64,000 nucleotides of DNA from an uncultured Candidatus Saccharibacteria bacterium (GCA_964583675.1 CAZOVH010000001.1:145754-209753); one strand, 5' to 3'; shown: positions 17,492 to 26,540, numbered from the stretch's first letter. Numbers and translations: made by a program. The notes: a model not told the origin generated them from the sequence alone.

Positions 17492-17920
17492 ATGAAAGAA
17501 ATGCAGTTCAAGATTGAAATTAGTGCTCCAAAAGAAAGAGTTTGGCAAATCCTGTGGGAGGACGAATCGTTACGCGACTGGTCTGGCATCGTTGATCCAG
17601 GAACATACATGTTGGGCGAACTTAAAGAGGGTGAAACTGTGCAGTTCAATTCTGCAGAAGGCTACGGTGTAACGAGTTTAGTAGCAGAACTAATTCCAAA
17701 TGAATTTATCTTATTCAAGCATCAGGCTGACACGCAAGATAGTGGTAAAGCTCATCGCGATGACCAATGGATGGGTGGCCAAGAGAGCTACAAGCTTACC
17801 GAAAAAAATGGAGTCACAACCTTAGAGATGAGCCTTGATGTGCCGCCAGAACTGGAAAAAATAATGAGTGCTAGCTATCCAAAGGCTTTGGCACGAATTA
17901 AAGAATTATCTGAAAGCTAA
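17492..17920 (+). CDS. SRPBCC (AHSA1/polyketide-cyclase-like) domain protein
   Basis: 142-aa protein whose N-terminus (FKIEISAPKERVWQILWEDESLRDW) matches the SRPBCC pattern. Confidence 0.55.
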   Translation: MKEMQFKIEISAPKERVWQILWEDESLRDWSGIVDPGTYMLGELKEGETVQFNSAEGYGVTSLVAELIPNEFILFKHQADTQDSGKAHRDDQWMGGQESYKLTEKNGVTTLEMSLDVPPELEKIMSASYPKALARIKELSES

Positions 17921-17985
17921 TCTGCGGAAATCTTAGCTCTTTTGGAATGCTGCTTGGATCGTTATGGGGATTGTATACTTAGAAT

Positions 17986-18273
17986 ATGAAAAATTTTCTA
18001 AAAAAATACAGAAGATGGTTTGGGATAATTGGGTCCTTTGTTGCATTAAGCATTGCAATAATCTATTTAATAATTACTCCTAGAGAGGCAATTGACACTG
18101 AAGGAGTACAAAAGGCCATTCTTATGTATAGTCATTCCTTAGGTTGGATGTTGCTTGGTGTTGCGAGCTTATTGTGGGGGCTGAATCGCGATAATATTTG
18201 GGCAAAATACCTATCCTATAGTGCTTTGTTAGTTTATGTAATTTTTATTGTTACTTTGGTTTCTAGTAGCTAG
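17986..18273 (+). CDS. Small membrane protein (3 predicted TM segments)
   Basis: Hydrophobic 95-aa ORF with no family assigned. Confidence 0.4.
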   Translation: MKNFLKKYRRWFGIIGSFVALSIAIIYLIITPREAIDTEGVQKAILMYSHSLGWMLLGVASLLWGLNRDNIWAKYLSYSALLVYVIFIVTLVSSS

Positions 18274-18343
18274 AGTACGGAAACCGTTTAAGAATAGTGT
18301 ATTGTTGCTCTTCTTTAGTGTGATTATTTGTTATTATGCATGC

Positions 18344-18520
18344 ATGAATACAGAAACTTCACTGCCAGAAAAAATTGGTAAACCAGCCATGCGAGCGTTA
18401 CTTGGTGCAGGGATAACTACCTTGCAGCAAGCAACTAGGATTTCAGACGAAGATTTACTCAAGTTGCACGGTGTTGGTCCGAAAGCGGTCAGAATATTGC
18501 GGGAAAGTGCTAGGCCTTAA
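18344..18520 (+). CDS. Small helix-hairpin-helix DNA-binding protein
   Basis: LLKLHGVGPKAVRILRE is an HhH motif. The internal MNTETS start at 18344 is preferred over the 18248 start, which overlaps the preceding gene. Confidence 0.45.
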   Translation: MNTETSLPEKIGKPAMRALLGAGITTLQQATRISDEDLLKLHGVGPKAVRILRESARP

Positions 18521-18526
18521 TAATTT

Positions 18527-19060
18527 ATGAAATACGTTGCGCTTCTTCGTGGAATAAATGTGGGCGGTAATAATCGTGTACCAATGGCGGAGCTCAAGGC
18601 ATGCTTTGAGAAAGCTGGTTTTCAAAGTGTTGTGACATATATTAATTGCGGCAATGTGATATTTGTATCAGACGAATCTAGCCTGACAAAACTTGTAGAA
18701 ATTTGTGAGACTGCGATCGAGAAGCAGTTTGGGTTTAGGGTGGTGTGCTCGGTGATATCAGCTCAAGATTTGCGTGAAGCGGTCCGCAGCGCACCAGAGT
18801 GGTGGAGTGTTGGTGATGCAAAACATAACGCAATTTTTGTTATTACGCCCAAAACCGCTAAGGAAGTTATGCAACAAGTTGGCGATGCGAAGCCTGAGTA
18901 TGAAAAAGTTGCGGCCTACGGGCAGATAATTTTTTGGTCCGCACCACTTAAGACGTTTGGTCGCACACGCTATAGTAAAATAGTTGGATCTAAAGCATAT
19001 AAGTCAGTGACGATTCGCAATGCCAATACCACACTTAAACTCGCTCAACTTTGCGAGTAG
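18527..19060 (+). CDS. DUF1697-family protein
   Basis: The N-terminus MKYVALLRGINVGGNNRVPMAELKACFEKAGF is the DUF1697 hallmark. Confidence 0.7.
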   Translation: MKYVALLRGINVGGNNRVPMAELKACFEKAGFQSVVTYINCGNVIFVSDESSLTKLVEICETAIEKQFGFRVVCSVISAQDLREAVRSAPEWWSVGDAKHNAIFVITPKTAKEVMQQVGDAKPEYEKVAAYGQIIFWSAPLKTFGRTRYSKIVGSKAYKSVTIRNANTTLKLAQLCE

Positions 19061-19092
19061 ACTAAGAATAAATAACAGAAAAGAGGGTTAGT

Positions 19093-19554
19093 ATGGAGCA
19101 AAAAATAGTCGCGAATTTGTGGTTCAATGGGGACGCTGAGCAAGCGGTAGAATTTTACACTTCAGTGTTTCCGGATAGTAAGGTGTTATCTACGACGCAT
19201 TATCCAAAAACGCAAGAAGAAGGGTTGGCAGATTTTCAAACCGAGCTAGCCGGTAAGCCGCTTACAATAGAGTTTGAGTTACAGGGCATACACTTTACGG
19301 CTATTAACGCTGGGCCGGAATTTTCATTTACCGAGGCTATTTCTTTTGCGGTGTATTGCAAAGACCAAGAGGAGATCGATTATTTTTGGGAAAAACTTTC
19401 CGACAAGCCAGAGTTTGAGCAGTGCGGTTGGTGCAAGGATAAGTATGGTTTGAGCTGGCAGATTGTTCCAAAAAATATGGAAGAACTAATGAATCAGCCC
19501 GATGCTTTTGCAAAGATGATGGGAATGAAAAAGATCGTTATCGCAGACTTTTAG
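19093..19554 (+). CDS. VOC-family protein (PhnB / 3-demethylubiquinone-9 3-methyltransferase-like domain)
   Basis: LWFNGDAEQAVEFYTSVF...WCKDKYGLSWQIVP is the typical PhnB-like glyoxalase fold. Confidence 0.7.
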   Translation: MEQKIVANLWFNGDAEQAVEFYTSVFPDSKVLSTTHYPKTQEEGLADFQTELAGKPLTIEFELQGIHFTAINAGPEFSFTEAISFAVYCKDQEEIDYFWEKLSDKPEFEQCGWCKDKYGLSWQIVPKNMEELMNQPDAFAKMMGMKKIVIADF

Positions 19555-19569
19555 CACAATCTAAACAGT

Positions 19570-19881
19570 CTAGCTTGTCTTTGATCGTTTGGCGAGAATA
19601 CCTTTAATTGATGGGCTAATTTCTTTATCCGTGCGATGAATGCAGCCAATCCAGCAGCATGGTCGGCGTTTGCCCTCCTGAATTTCCACGACAGTTCGCT
19701 TGATGTGATTTTCGCGCGTGGCAGCCTGTTTAACGGAGATGTTCCAACAGATGAATTCATTACGAGCGAGTGGCGTGAGGCTTTCCCACGCAACTACTGC
19801 TGCGGGCGCAGCGAGCAAAGCCCTTTTTAGGTCGGCAGGGAGTTCATGAACGGTTCCGCCAGATAGAGTTTTGGTAGTCAT
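19570..19881 (-). CDS. YdeI/OmpD-associated (OmdA) family protein
   Basis: WESLTPLARNEFICWNISVKQAATRENHIKRTVVEIQEGKRRPCCW matches the family signature. The likely start is MTTKTL. Confidence 0.65.
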   Translation of the reverse strand: MTTKTLSGGTVHELPADLKRALLAAPAAVVAWESLTPLARNEFICWNISVKQAATRENHIKRTVVEIQEGKRRPCCWIGCIHRTDKEISPSIKGILAKRSKTS

Positions 19882-19991
19882 GTGTTTATGGTACATGACT
19901 TAGGCTTTAGTAACCAGCATTCGATTTAGTGGTCATGCTTGTTGTTTTGCGCTATGCAGTAAATAATTACGCACAAGTGTACCTTGAGCGA

Positions 19992-20549
19992 ATGGAAAAA
20001 ATCATGTCGAAATATACTCCTCCTATGCAGGCTGTACTTACAACACTGCCAGTTGGGGATTGTGTTGAGGGGCCGACTGTAACAATCATGGCGATGTATC
20101 GTCGTGGACTGTGTTACGAGGTTGAGCGCATTGATAGCGGAAGACAGCGAGCAAAACTTACCTATATGGGCCATGAGGCACGTGTCGAAGTGGCTCGAGC
20201 TAATGGTCTGGACTTGCTAAAGACGCTTGATGAGGTGCGTAGTAATCGAATCACTTCCAACGGTAATCTCAGACTTAATCGAGCACGTCATGCTGCCGAG
20301 ATGGTGGCGATAAACTTGGTGGGCCGTGCTCTTACTGTTGAGGAGAAACGACTGGTTTCAGAAGTTACTGAGCGGGTAATCGACGTCTTTGAAGAGGGCA
20401 CGACAAGAATCCATATTTGCCCACAATGCACTTTTGTTGTTGGTGGAGACGGAATTGATACTACGCCCTGTCCGGAGCATGGTTTGCGGCAGTCTTTCCC
20501 ATTTGGTTTCGGTGTTACTGACCTTGCAGTCAGGTATTGCTCGCCGTAA
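19992..20549 (+). CDS. Hypothetical protein with a C-terminal zinc ribbon (CPQC...CPEHG)
   Basis: No family is recognisable. The candidate start is MEKIM at 19992 or MSKYTPP at 20004. Confidence 0.45.
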   Translation: MEKIMSKYTPPMQAVLTTLPVGDCVEGPTVTIMAMYRRGLCYEVERIDSGRQRAKLTYMGHEARVEVARANGLDLLKTLDEVRSNRITSNGNLRLNRARHAAEMVAINLVGRALTVEEKRLVSEVTERVIDVFEEGTTRIHICPQCTFVVGGDGIDTTPCPEHGLRQSFPFGFGVTDLAVRYCSP

Positions 20550-20650
20550 CAATTTTTAACTCCAGGCAGTGCTTGGGGTTTTTCTTTTGATCAAATATCT
20601 GTATAATTCCATGGAATGTATGAAATAGCGCCAACGAAAACTCGGCACTA

Positions 20651-20674
20651 GCCGCCCGAAAGGGCGGTTTTTTT
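20651..20674 (+). terminator. Rho-independent terminator
   Basis: CCGCCC-gaaa-GGGCGG hairpin followed by TTTTTTT. Confidence 0.7.
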
Positions 20675-20710
20675 ATACATTCACACCGAACCTTCCTAAT
20701 AAGGAGATGT

Positions 20711-21091
20711 ATGATTCTGAATCGTGTAGAGATTAGCGTTGTTTTTGAGCAGCGCGAAAAGCACTTTGCTCAATTGGTACCTGGTCTTGAGGCACATTTT
20801 GCCCTGCAGTGTTTGATGTGCGGAAAGATTCACCAGCTTACCACACCGATGGTTTACAAGCTTAAGGCTGATGAGATGCCGCACAAATATGTCCATCAGA
20901 TTAAGACGGCGGTCATGCAGACGCGCAGCTGTGAAAACTGCGGCTTACTTTCAACTCTACCTAAGCTTGACGCCGAGCGTTTGCTGAAGGCACTGCAGAA
21001 GACTATAACACCAGAATTTATCACGCTGCATAGTCGGGATCAGGTACCATTTTTGGCCCAACGACTCTTTGAACGTATGCAGCTCGTCTAG
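20711..21091 (+). CDS. Hypothetical protein with two CxxC pairs (CLMCGK...CENCG)
   Basis: 126-aa ORF bounded by clear terminators on both sides. No family assigned. Confidence 0.45.
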   Translation: MILNRVEISVVFEQREKHFAQLVPGLEAHFALQCLMCGKIHQLTTPMVYKLKADEMPHKYVHQIKTAVMQTRSCENCGLLSTLPKLDAERLLKALQKTITPEFITLHSRDQVPFLAQRLFERMQLV

Positions 21092-21104
21092 CTCCTAGGG
21101 GAGC

Positions 21105-21130
21105 GGAACTCCTCTGGGAGTTCCTTATTT
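21105..21130. terminator. Hairpin terminator between convergent genes
   Basis: A perfect 8-bp stem GGAACTCC-tctg-GGAGTTCC is followed by TTATTT on the plus strand. It abuts the stop of the minus-strand FMN reductase gene. Confidence 0.6.
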
Positions 21131-21679
21131 ACGCAGCTGCTTGAGCGCACCACTCCAGGCGGTTACTTCTTCGGCAACTTTCTTGAGCTGCTCAGCATGC
21201 GCTTCAGTCGGCTTAAAAGTGGAGTAGTTTTCAAAGTCGGTGCCAAGGTAGAGTAAAACTTGATCACGTACGTCGGCCATGTGGAGTTCGCCCGCAATCT
21301 GCCGCCATTGCTCGGCTGCCCTCGATCCACCCGCAGCACCGTAACTAATAAAACCAATCGCCTTATTGTGCCATTCGTGATTTAAGAAGTCGACAGCGTT
21401 TTTGAATGCCCCTGGAACGCTATGGTTGTATTCCGGCGTAACAAAGATATAGCCATCTGCCTCGGCGATTTTTGCCGACCACTTTTTGGTGTGATCCTTT
21501 GTGTATTGCCCCATAAGTGGTGGCATTGGCTCATCGAGTAGGGGAAGATTGTAGTCTGCGATGTCGACGAGCTCAAACTCTGTGTCCTCAAAATCCTTAA
21601 GAGCATCTACGGCCCATTCTGCTACTTGTTCGCCAACTCGGCCAGGTCGAGTGCTGCCTAAGATAATCTGAATTTTCAT
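21125..21679 (-). CDS. NAD(P)H-dependent FMN reductase (flavodoxin-like fold)
   Basis: MKIQIILGSTRPGRVGEQVAEW...FVTPEYNHSVPGAFKNAVD is typical of the FMN_red family. Confidence 0.8.
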   Translation of the reverse strand: MKIQIILGSTRPGRVGEQVAEWAVDALKDFEDTEFELVDIADYNLPLLDEPMPPLMGQYTKDHTKKWSAKIAEADGYIFVTPEYNHSVPGAFKNAVDFLNHEWHNKAIGFISYGAAGGSRAAEQWRQIAGELHMADVRDQVLLYLGTDFENYSTFKPTEAHAEQLKKVAEEVTAWSGALKQLRK

Positions 21680-21747
21680 ATTTGTGCCTCCATTGCTATA
21701 ATATGTATAGTATTAACACTGTCTATACTATATAAAGTAAAGTAACT

Positions 21748-22083
21748 ATGCAAGATAAAGTTATGAAGAATCCACATATTGAGAAAAAACCAGGCTGTGT
21801 TGCGGCGGCTGCAGCAATTATGGGCAATAAATGGACTGCCCTGATGATTTTAGAATTAGCTTCGGGAGAAAAACGTTTTTCTGAGATTCAAGCTCATTTG
21901 CCTGGCATGAGTCCGCGTACTCTGTCGCAGCGACTTGATGAGCTTGAGGTTACAAAAATTATCACCAAAAAAAGTTTTGCTGAAGTTCCGCCGCGCGTGG
22001 TGTATGCACTCACGCAAAAGGGGCAAGACTTAATTCCAATTCTAAAGAGCATGGCAGACTGGGGGACAAAATATCACCAATAA
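21748..22083 (+). CDS. HxlR-family transcriptional regulator
   Basis: GNKWTALMILELASGEKRFSEIQAHLPGMSPRTLSQRLDELE is the HxlR HTH. It is divergent from the FMN reductase gene, a common regulator/target pair. Confidence 0.8.
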   Translation: MQDKVMKNPHIEKKPGCVAAAAAIMGNKWTALMILELASGEKRFSEIQAHLPGMSPRTLSQRLDELEVTKIITKKSFAEVPPRVVYALTQKGQDLIPILKSMADWGTKYHQ

Positions 22084-22140
22084 GAATTCTTCTAGTAAAA
22101 ATCATAGGGCAATGCTAGCTAAATCGGTAAAATAGATTAC

Positions 22141-23256
22141 ATGCGCATTTCGCCAAAAAAATCTCGTCTCCTACATCTCGACTTTATGCGGGGGATTTTT
22201 TTGTGTGTCATTATTATTGATCATTTGCAAAAGTTCCCAGGTTTCTTTGAGCTGTTTACGGGCAAAGGTATTTTATGGGCGTCTGCAGCCGAGGGCTTTT
22301 TCTTTTTATCGGGAATACTTTTGGGCTTGGTGCGCGGTCGGCGTGAAGTCGCCCGACCTATGTCTACGGTTACAAAAAAACTGTGGGGAAGAGCATTACT
22401 ATTATATTTATGGAATATTGCCCTAACGCTGTTTTACACACTGCTCGCTATGGCGTTCTTTGACCAAGTTGGCATTAAGCCTGGCTATGCGCTTCCTTCT
22501 TCTGTGGTAAACCTTGTTAGGGAAACGCTGACGTTTAAATATGTGTACGGCTGGGCTGATTTTTTGCAGTATTACGCGGCTTTTATCTTTATAAGCCCTT
22601 TGGCAATCTGGTTATTGCGAAAAAAATATTGGTGGTTGGTCTTGGCGATTTCCACAATTGTGTGGTTAAAGAGCGGCCAGAATTTCTATCTCAGTTGGCA
22701 GCTGCTTTTCTTTAGTGGTGCGGTCTTTGGCTATTATGTGGAGGATATTCACACTTGGTTTAAGGGGCTCAAGCATGATGTTCAGAGGCGGTTGCGTTAT
22801 CTAGCGGTGGCTACTGCTGGGATAACGTTTATTGTAAGTTATGTGTTTGTAATTGGCTTAAGTTACGCAAAGAATAATGCAGATGCCGGTTGGCTAAGGT
22901 TCTTGCCCGTCAAGCAACTAATGGAGTTAAATGAAAAACTTGCCCCGGACTTTGACAAAACTAGTCTAGGTATCGGTCGGGTAGTTGTATTTTATCTGTG
23001 GTTTTTTGCTCTATATTTTATTGTTAAGCGATTTGCTTGGATTTATGAGAAGAACAAGATTGGTAAGGCCATAACCATGCTCGGTCAAAACTCACTGTAT
23101 GTATATATTGTGCATAGTCTTTTGGTATTTAGTGTGAGTTTGGTTTTGCCTAAAAGTACTGGGTTGATTGGTAATATTTTGATAGACGTGGCAGTGATTA
23201 GTACAATAGTGTTTTTAGTGCGCAAACGGGTATTTTTCGCCTATATTCCGAGATAA
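22141..23256 (+). CDS. OpgC / acyltransferase-3-like integral membrane protein
   Basis: A ~10-TM protein with the OpgC-like N-terminus (LHLDFMRGIFLCVIIIDHL). Confidence 0.55.
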   Translation: MRISPKKSRLLHLDFMRGIFLCVIIIDHLQKFPGFFELFTGKGILWASAAEGFFFLSGILLGLVRGRREVARPMSTVTKKLWGRALLLYLWNIALTLFYTLLAMAFFDQVGIKPGYALPSSVVNLVRETLTFKYVYGWADFLQYYAAFIFISPLAIWLLRKKYWWLVLAISTIVWLKSGQNFYLSWQLLFFSGAVFGYYVEDIHTWFKGLKHDVQRRLRYLAVATAGITFIVSYVFVIGLSYAKNNADAGWLRFLPVKQLMELNEKLAPDFDKTSLGIGRVVVFYLWFFALYFIVKRFAWIYEKNKIGKAITMLGQNSLYVYIVHSLLVFSVSLVLPKSTGLIGNILIDVAVISTIVFLVRKRVFFAYIPR

Positions 23257-23266
23257 AAAAGAAATA

Positions 23267-23322
23267 GGACCGCAAGAAGAAAGTTGCACAGGCGGTGAGG
23301 CCTGCCTTTTTTCTTGCGGTCC
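23267..23322 (+). terminator. Long nested hairpin, putative terminator
   Basis: The outer stem GGACCGCAAGAAGAAAG pairs with TTTTTTCTTGCGGTCC, and an inner hairpin CAGGC-ggtgag-GCCTG sits inside. Confidence 0.45.
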
Positions 23323-23592
23323 TAGGTGTCGAGGATTTGTGTCGCACGCCTTCGACTGGCGCTAGGTGCTCCGGACTTATTGCCGCCATTTCTCGTTGAG
23401 GTTTGGGTTGGTTGACGTTTGGAAAGAGAAATTGTGAGTGGCAGCTTTTTACCGGTGGCTTTGTGTTCAGGCTCGGGTAGAAGCCGTTGAAACGTCAGCC
23501 CATCTTGTTACCCATAGTCAGGTAGTATAGTTTTACTGGTTAAATAAGTCAAAGGTTTAGGGGTATACTGGAAAGCAATAAGAGGATTTTGT

Positions 23593-24033
23593 ATGGCAAA
23601 AGTGAGTGTGTATCTAAACTTTATGGGCAAAACCGAAGAAGCCTTCAACTTTTATAAAGATGTGTTTGGCACCGAATTTGTTGAGCCGATGCAGCGCATG
23701 GGTGAAGTGCCTCAAGACGATTCGCAGCCGGCTCTTCCTGAGAATGAAAAAAATATGATAATGCATGTGGAGCTTCCGATACTGGCAGGGATGAGTCTCA
23801 TGGGTACAGATATGCTCGAATCGATGGGTCACAAGATTAAGTATGGAAATAATATGTCGATTAATTTGATGCCCGATACCGAAGAAGAGACACGCCGCCT
23901 GTTTGATCAATTATCTGAGGGTGGAAGTGAAGTAATGCAGCTAGAAAAAATGTTTTGGGGCGATCTTTTTGGATCTTGCGTGGATAAGTATGGAATTCGC
24001 TGGATGTTCGATTGCCCAGCCGAGAAAAAGTAA
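23593..24033 (+). CDS. VOC-family protein (PhnB-like), paralogue of the 19093 gene
   Basis: The N-terminus VYLNFMGKTEEAFNFYKDVFG matches, with a C-terminal DKYGIRWM. Confidence 0.7.
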   Translation: MAKVSVYLNFMGKTEEAFNFYKDVFGTEFVEPMQRMGEVPQDDSQPALPENEKNMIMHVELPILAGMSLMGTDMLESMGHKIKYGNNMSINLMPDTEEETRRLFDQLSEGGSEVMQLEKMFWGDLFGSCVDKYGIRWMFDCPAEKK

Positions 24034-24046
24034 CTAGGAGTAAACA

Positions 24047-24313
24047 ATGGCAACGAAGAAAGAACCAAGAATAGAGATCAAGGCCGACATTACAGGCGCT
24101 GACGAGTTAAAAGAATGGTTTAAGCAGGAGTCGAAAAAGAACACGGCTGGACACAGTACGGGCGGAGCGTTGTATGGACTTGGTATGATTGGATCGCTCG
24201 TATATTGGCTCCAGGCGGCTACAAGCTTTGGAGCAGTTGTGACGGCAATACTTAAGTCAATTGTATGGCCGGCATACGTCGTGTATAAGCTACTCGAAAG
24301 TTTTTACGGGTAG
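24047..24313 (+). CDS. Hypothetical small protein with a hydrophobic C-terminal half
   Basis: 88-aa ORF, unassigned. Confidence 0.4.
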   Translation: MATKKEPRIEIKADITGADELKEWFKQESKKNTAGHSTGGALYGLGMIGSLVYWLQAATSFGAVVTAILKSIVWPAYVVYKLLESFYG

Positions 24314-24318
24314 ATTTT

Positions 24319-24492
24319 ATGGCGATTGCACCAGTTTGTGATTTATGTCGCGAAGAGCTAAAGGACTTTGGCGCACTTCTTTTTAGCCCGCCCAATACTC
24401 AGTCTGAAGTGAAGAAGTTTCATGTCTGTAAGCCTTGTTACAAAAAACTGCTCGCTGAATATAAGCTGGAAGACATACGTGACGAAAATTAA
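24319..24492 (+). CDS. Small zinc-ribbon protein (57 aa)
   Basis: Manual translation gives MAIAPVCDLCREELKDFGALLFSPPNTQSEVKKFHVCKPCYKKLLAEYKLEDIRDEN, with CxxC...CxxC pairs. The ORF is below the track's size cutoff. Confidence 0.4.
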   Translation: MAIAPVCDLCREELKDFGALLFSPPNTQSEVKKFHVCKPCYKKLLAEYKLEDIRDEN

Positions 24493-24937
24493 CGTTCATG
24501 AGCTCGGCCATATTGTGCTATATGTGAAAGACCTGCAGCGCTCCTCAGAGTTTTATGGCGAAATTCTAGGGTGGAAAAAACTTCCACGCCAGGCTGACAT
24601 GCCGGCCCAAGCATTTTCTAGCGGGCGCACTCACCACGAACTCCTGCTTATAGAGGTGGGGAATATGGCAGCTGCAAAGCCCGACCACTTGCAGCTAGGC
24701 CTCTATCATTTTGGGCTCAAGATTGGCGACACTGACGATGAATTACTTCAAGCGATTGAGTTTTTACAGGAAAAAAGCGTAACAATTACTGGCACCGCCG
24801 ATCATCACGTTACGCATAGCGTGTATATTGCTGATCCTGACGGAAACCAGATTGAGCTCTATATAGACGTGGCTGATGCTAATTGGCGCGAAGATGAGTC
24901 GCTTATTATGCAGCCAACTCGCCGCTTGGATGTATGA
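24479..24937 (+). CDS. VOC-family protein (glyoxalase/bleomycin-resistance/dioxygenase fold)
   Basis: HELGHIVLYVKDLQRSSEFYGEILGW is the VOC beta-alpha-beta-beta-beta start. The start codon is uncertain and may be the GTG at 24479. The track's ATG at 24422 lies inside the upstream small ORF. Confidence 0.6.
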   Translation: MTKINVHELGHIVLYVKDLQRSSEFYGEILGWKKLPRQADMPAQAFSSGRTHHELLLIEVGNMAAAKPDHLQLGLYHFGLKIGDTDDELLQAIEFLQEKSVTITGTADHHVTHSVYIADPDGNQIELYIDVADANWREDESLIMQPTRRLDV

Positions 24938-24991
24938 GATTAAGGCTGACATCTCCGTAAAATCTGCCCGGCACTGTATACTGAGAAGTCT

Positions 24992-26527
24992 ATGAATCAG
25001 TCACTCGCGTTAGAAATTATGCTTGCTGGTGAGAGCGCGTTGCTCACCGGTGCTGCCGGCTCTGGTAAAACGTATGTGCTCAACAAGTTTATCCGCCTCG
25101 CTCAGCGCGAAGGAAAAAATGTAGCCGTCACGGCAACAACTGGCTTAGCGGCTACACATCTTGGCGGTACAACTATTCATTCTTGGAGCGGTATGGGTAT
25201 TCATAATGTTTTGCCGCCTCGCTTCGTGGATTCGCTCGCGCAATCTCGGAAAGACACCATTGCTGCAGCCGATATTTTGGTGATTGATGAAATTTCGATG
25301 ATGCACGATTATCGACTGGATATTGTTGACGAAATTACGCGCAAGGTTCGCGGCAAAGATGAACCGTTTGGCGGTTTGCAGGTAATTTTATGCGGAGATT
25401 TCTTCCAATTACCCCCTATTAATCGTGACGGCGAACGGGCCGGTGGATTTGTGGTGAACGCGCAAGTTTGGCAGGAACTGAGCCCTGTGGTGTGTTATTT
25501 AGATGAGCAACATCGGCAAGAAGATGATGCATTTTTGGATATTTTAAATGCTATGCGCGCTGGAGATGTGCGCCGACGTCATGTAGAACAGCTTTTGGAA
25601 CAGAAAGATGCCGAGCTAGGCTATGGGCAAGAAGTGACAGAGCTTCATACTACCAACGTTGATGTTGATAGTCTGAACGCTCGCAAGCTCGCCGAACTAA
25701 AAAGTGAGCCGCATCGATATGAAATGCAAACTTCTGGCAAGGCGAATTATCTTGATACTCTCAAACGGTCCTGTTTAGCGGTTGAGGATTTGGTTTTGAA
25801 AGAAGGCGCACTTGTGATGTGTATTCGTAATAGTCCGGATAAGAAATATGTTAATGGAACGCTTGGTGTGGTTATGGGGTTTGAGGATGAAACCGGCTAC
25901 CCGATTGTTGAGTTGCGTGATGGCCGTAAGATTGTGCTTGAACCGGCCACGTGGGAGTTGCGTGATGGTGATAAAAAGCGAGCCTCCATTGTGCAAATTC
26001 CTCTGCGCCTGGCCTGGGCAATAACGGTGCACAAAAGCCAGGGTATGACGCTTGATGCTGCTCGAGTGGATCTCAGACGAGCTTTTGTTGAGGGGATGGG
26101 TTACGTTGCACTATCTCGAGTGCGCAGTTTAGGTACACTCAGTCTTACCGGGATGAACTCGATGGCGATTAAAGTGAGTCCTGAAGCTGTGGCGATTGAT
26201 GGTAAACTGAGATCTCGCTCGGCGGCCGATGCAGAGCGTTTCGTACATCTTCGATCTGCAGCTGCCAAGCGCGCGGTTGAGCCGGAGGTCTTGGACGAGG
26301 TAAAAAAGCCGACTTCTGCCTGGGGTGAGCGACTTGCGGCTATTCGTGCTGAGCATCCTAAAGCCTTCACTCCTTGGAAATCCAGTGACGATGTTGAATT
26401 AAAGCAAATGTATGAAGACGGCAAGGGTGTTGATGTAATCAGCAAAAAACTTGGTCGTCAGCCCGGAGGTGTGCGGGCGCGCATTAAGAAATTCTACGGA
26501 GATGATGCGCTTCTGGCGCGTAAGTGA
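24992..26527 (+). CDS. Pif1/RecD-like superfamily 1 DNA helicase with a C-terminal HTH-like extension
   Basis: Walker A (LTGAAGSGKTY) and Walker B (VIDEISMM) motifs are present, with Pif1-type motifs and a C-terminal ~100-aa basic tail (RQPGGVRARIKKFYG). Confidence 0.7.
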   Translation: MNQSLALEIMLAGESALLTGAAGSGKTYVLNKFIRLAQREGKNVAVTATTGLAATHLGGTTIHSWSGMGIHNVLPPRFVDSLAQSRKDTIAAADILVIDEISMMHDYRLDIVDEITRKVRGKDEPFGGLQVILCGDFFQLPPINRDGERAGGFVVNAQVWQELSPVVCYLDEQHRQEDDAFLDILNAMRAGDVRRRHVEQLLEQKDAELGYGQEVTELHTTNVDVDSLNARKLAELKSEPHRYEMQTSGKANYLDTLKRSCLAVEDLVLKEGALVMCIRNSPDKKYVNGTLGVVMGFEDETGYPIVELRDGRKIVLEPATWELRDGDKKRASIVQIPLRLAWAITVHKSQGMTLDAARVDLRRAFVEGMGYVALSRVRSLGTLSLTGMNSMAIKVSPEAVAIDGKLRSRSAADAERFVHLRSAAAKRAVEPEVLDEVKKPTSAWGERLAAIRAEHPKAFTPWKSSDDVELKQMYEDGKGVDVISKKLGRQPGGVRARIKKFYGDDALLARK

Positions 26528-26540
26528 TACTATCAAGGGC

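Noticed and set aside
10700-17500. Searched for a direct repeat of the tRNA-Asn 3' end to mark attR
   Set aside because: By eye there is no copy of the GGTTCGAATCCGGCCCCCGGAGCCA segment in 17.0-17.6 kb. Serine integrases need only a 2-bp crossover core, so the right boundary is left approximate.
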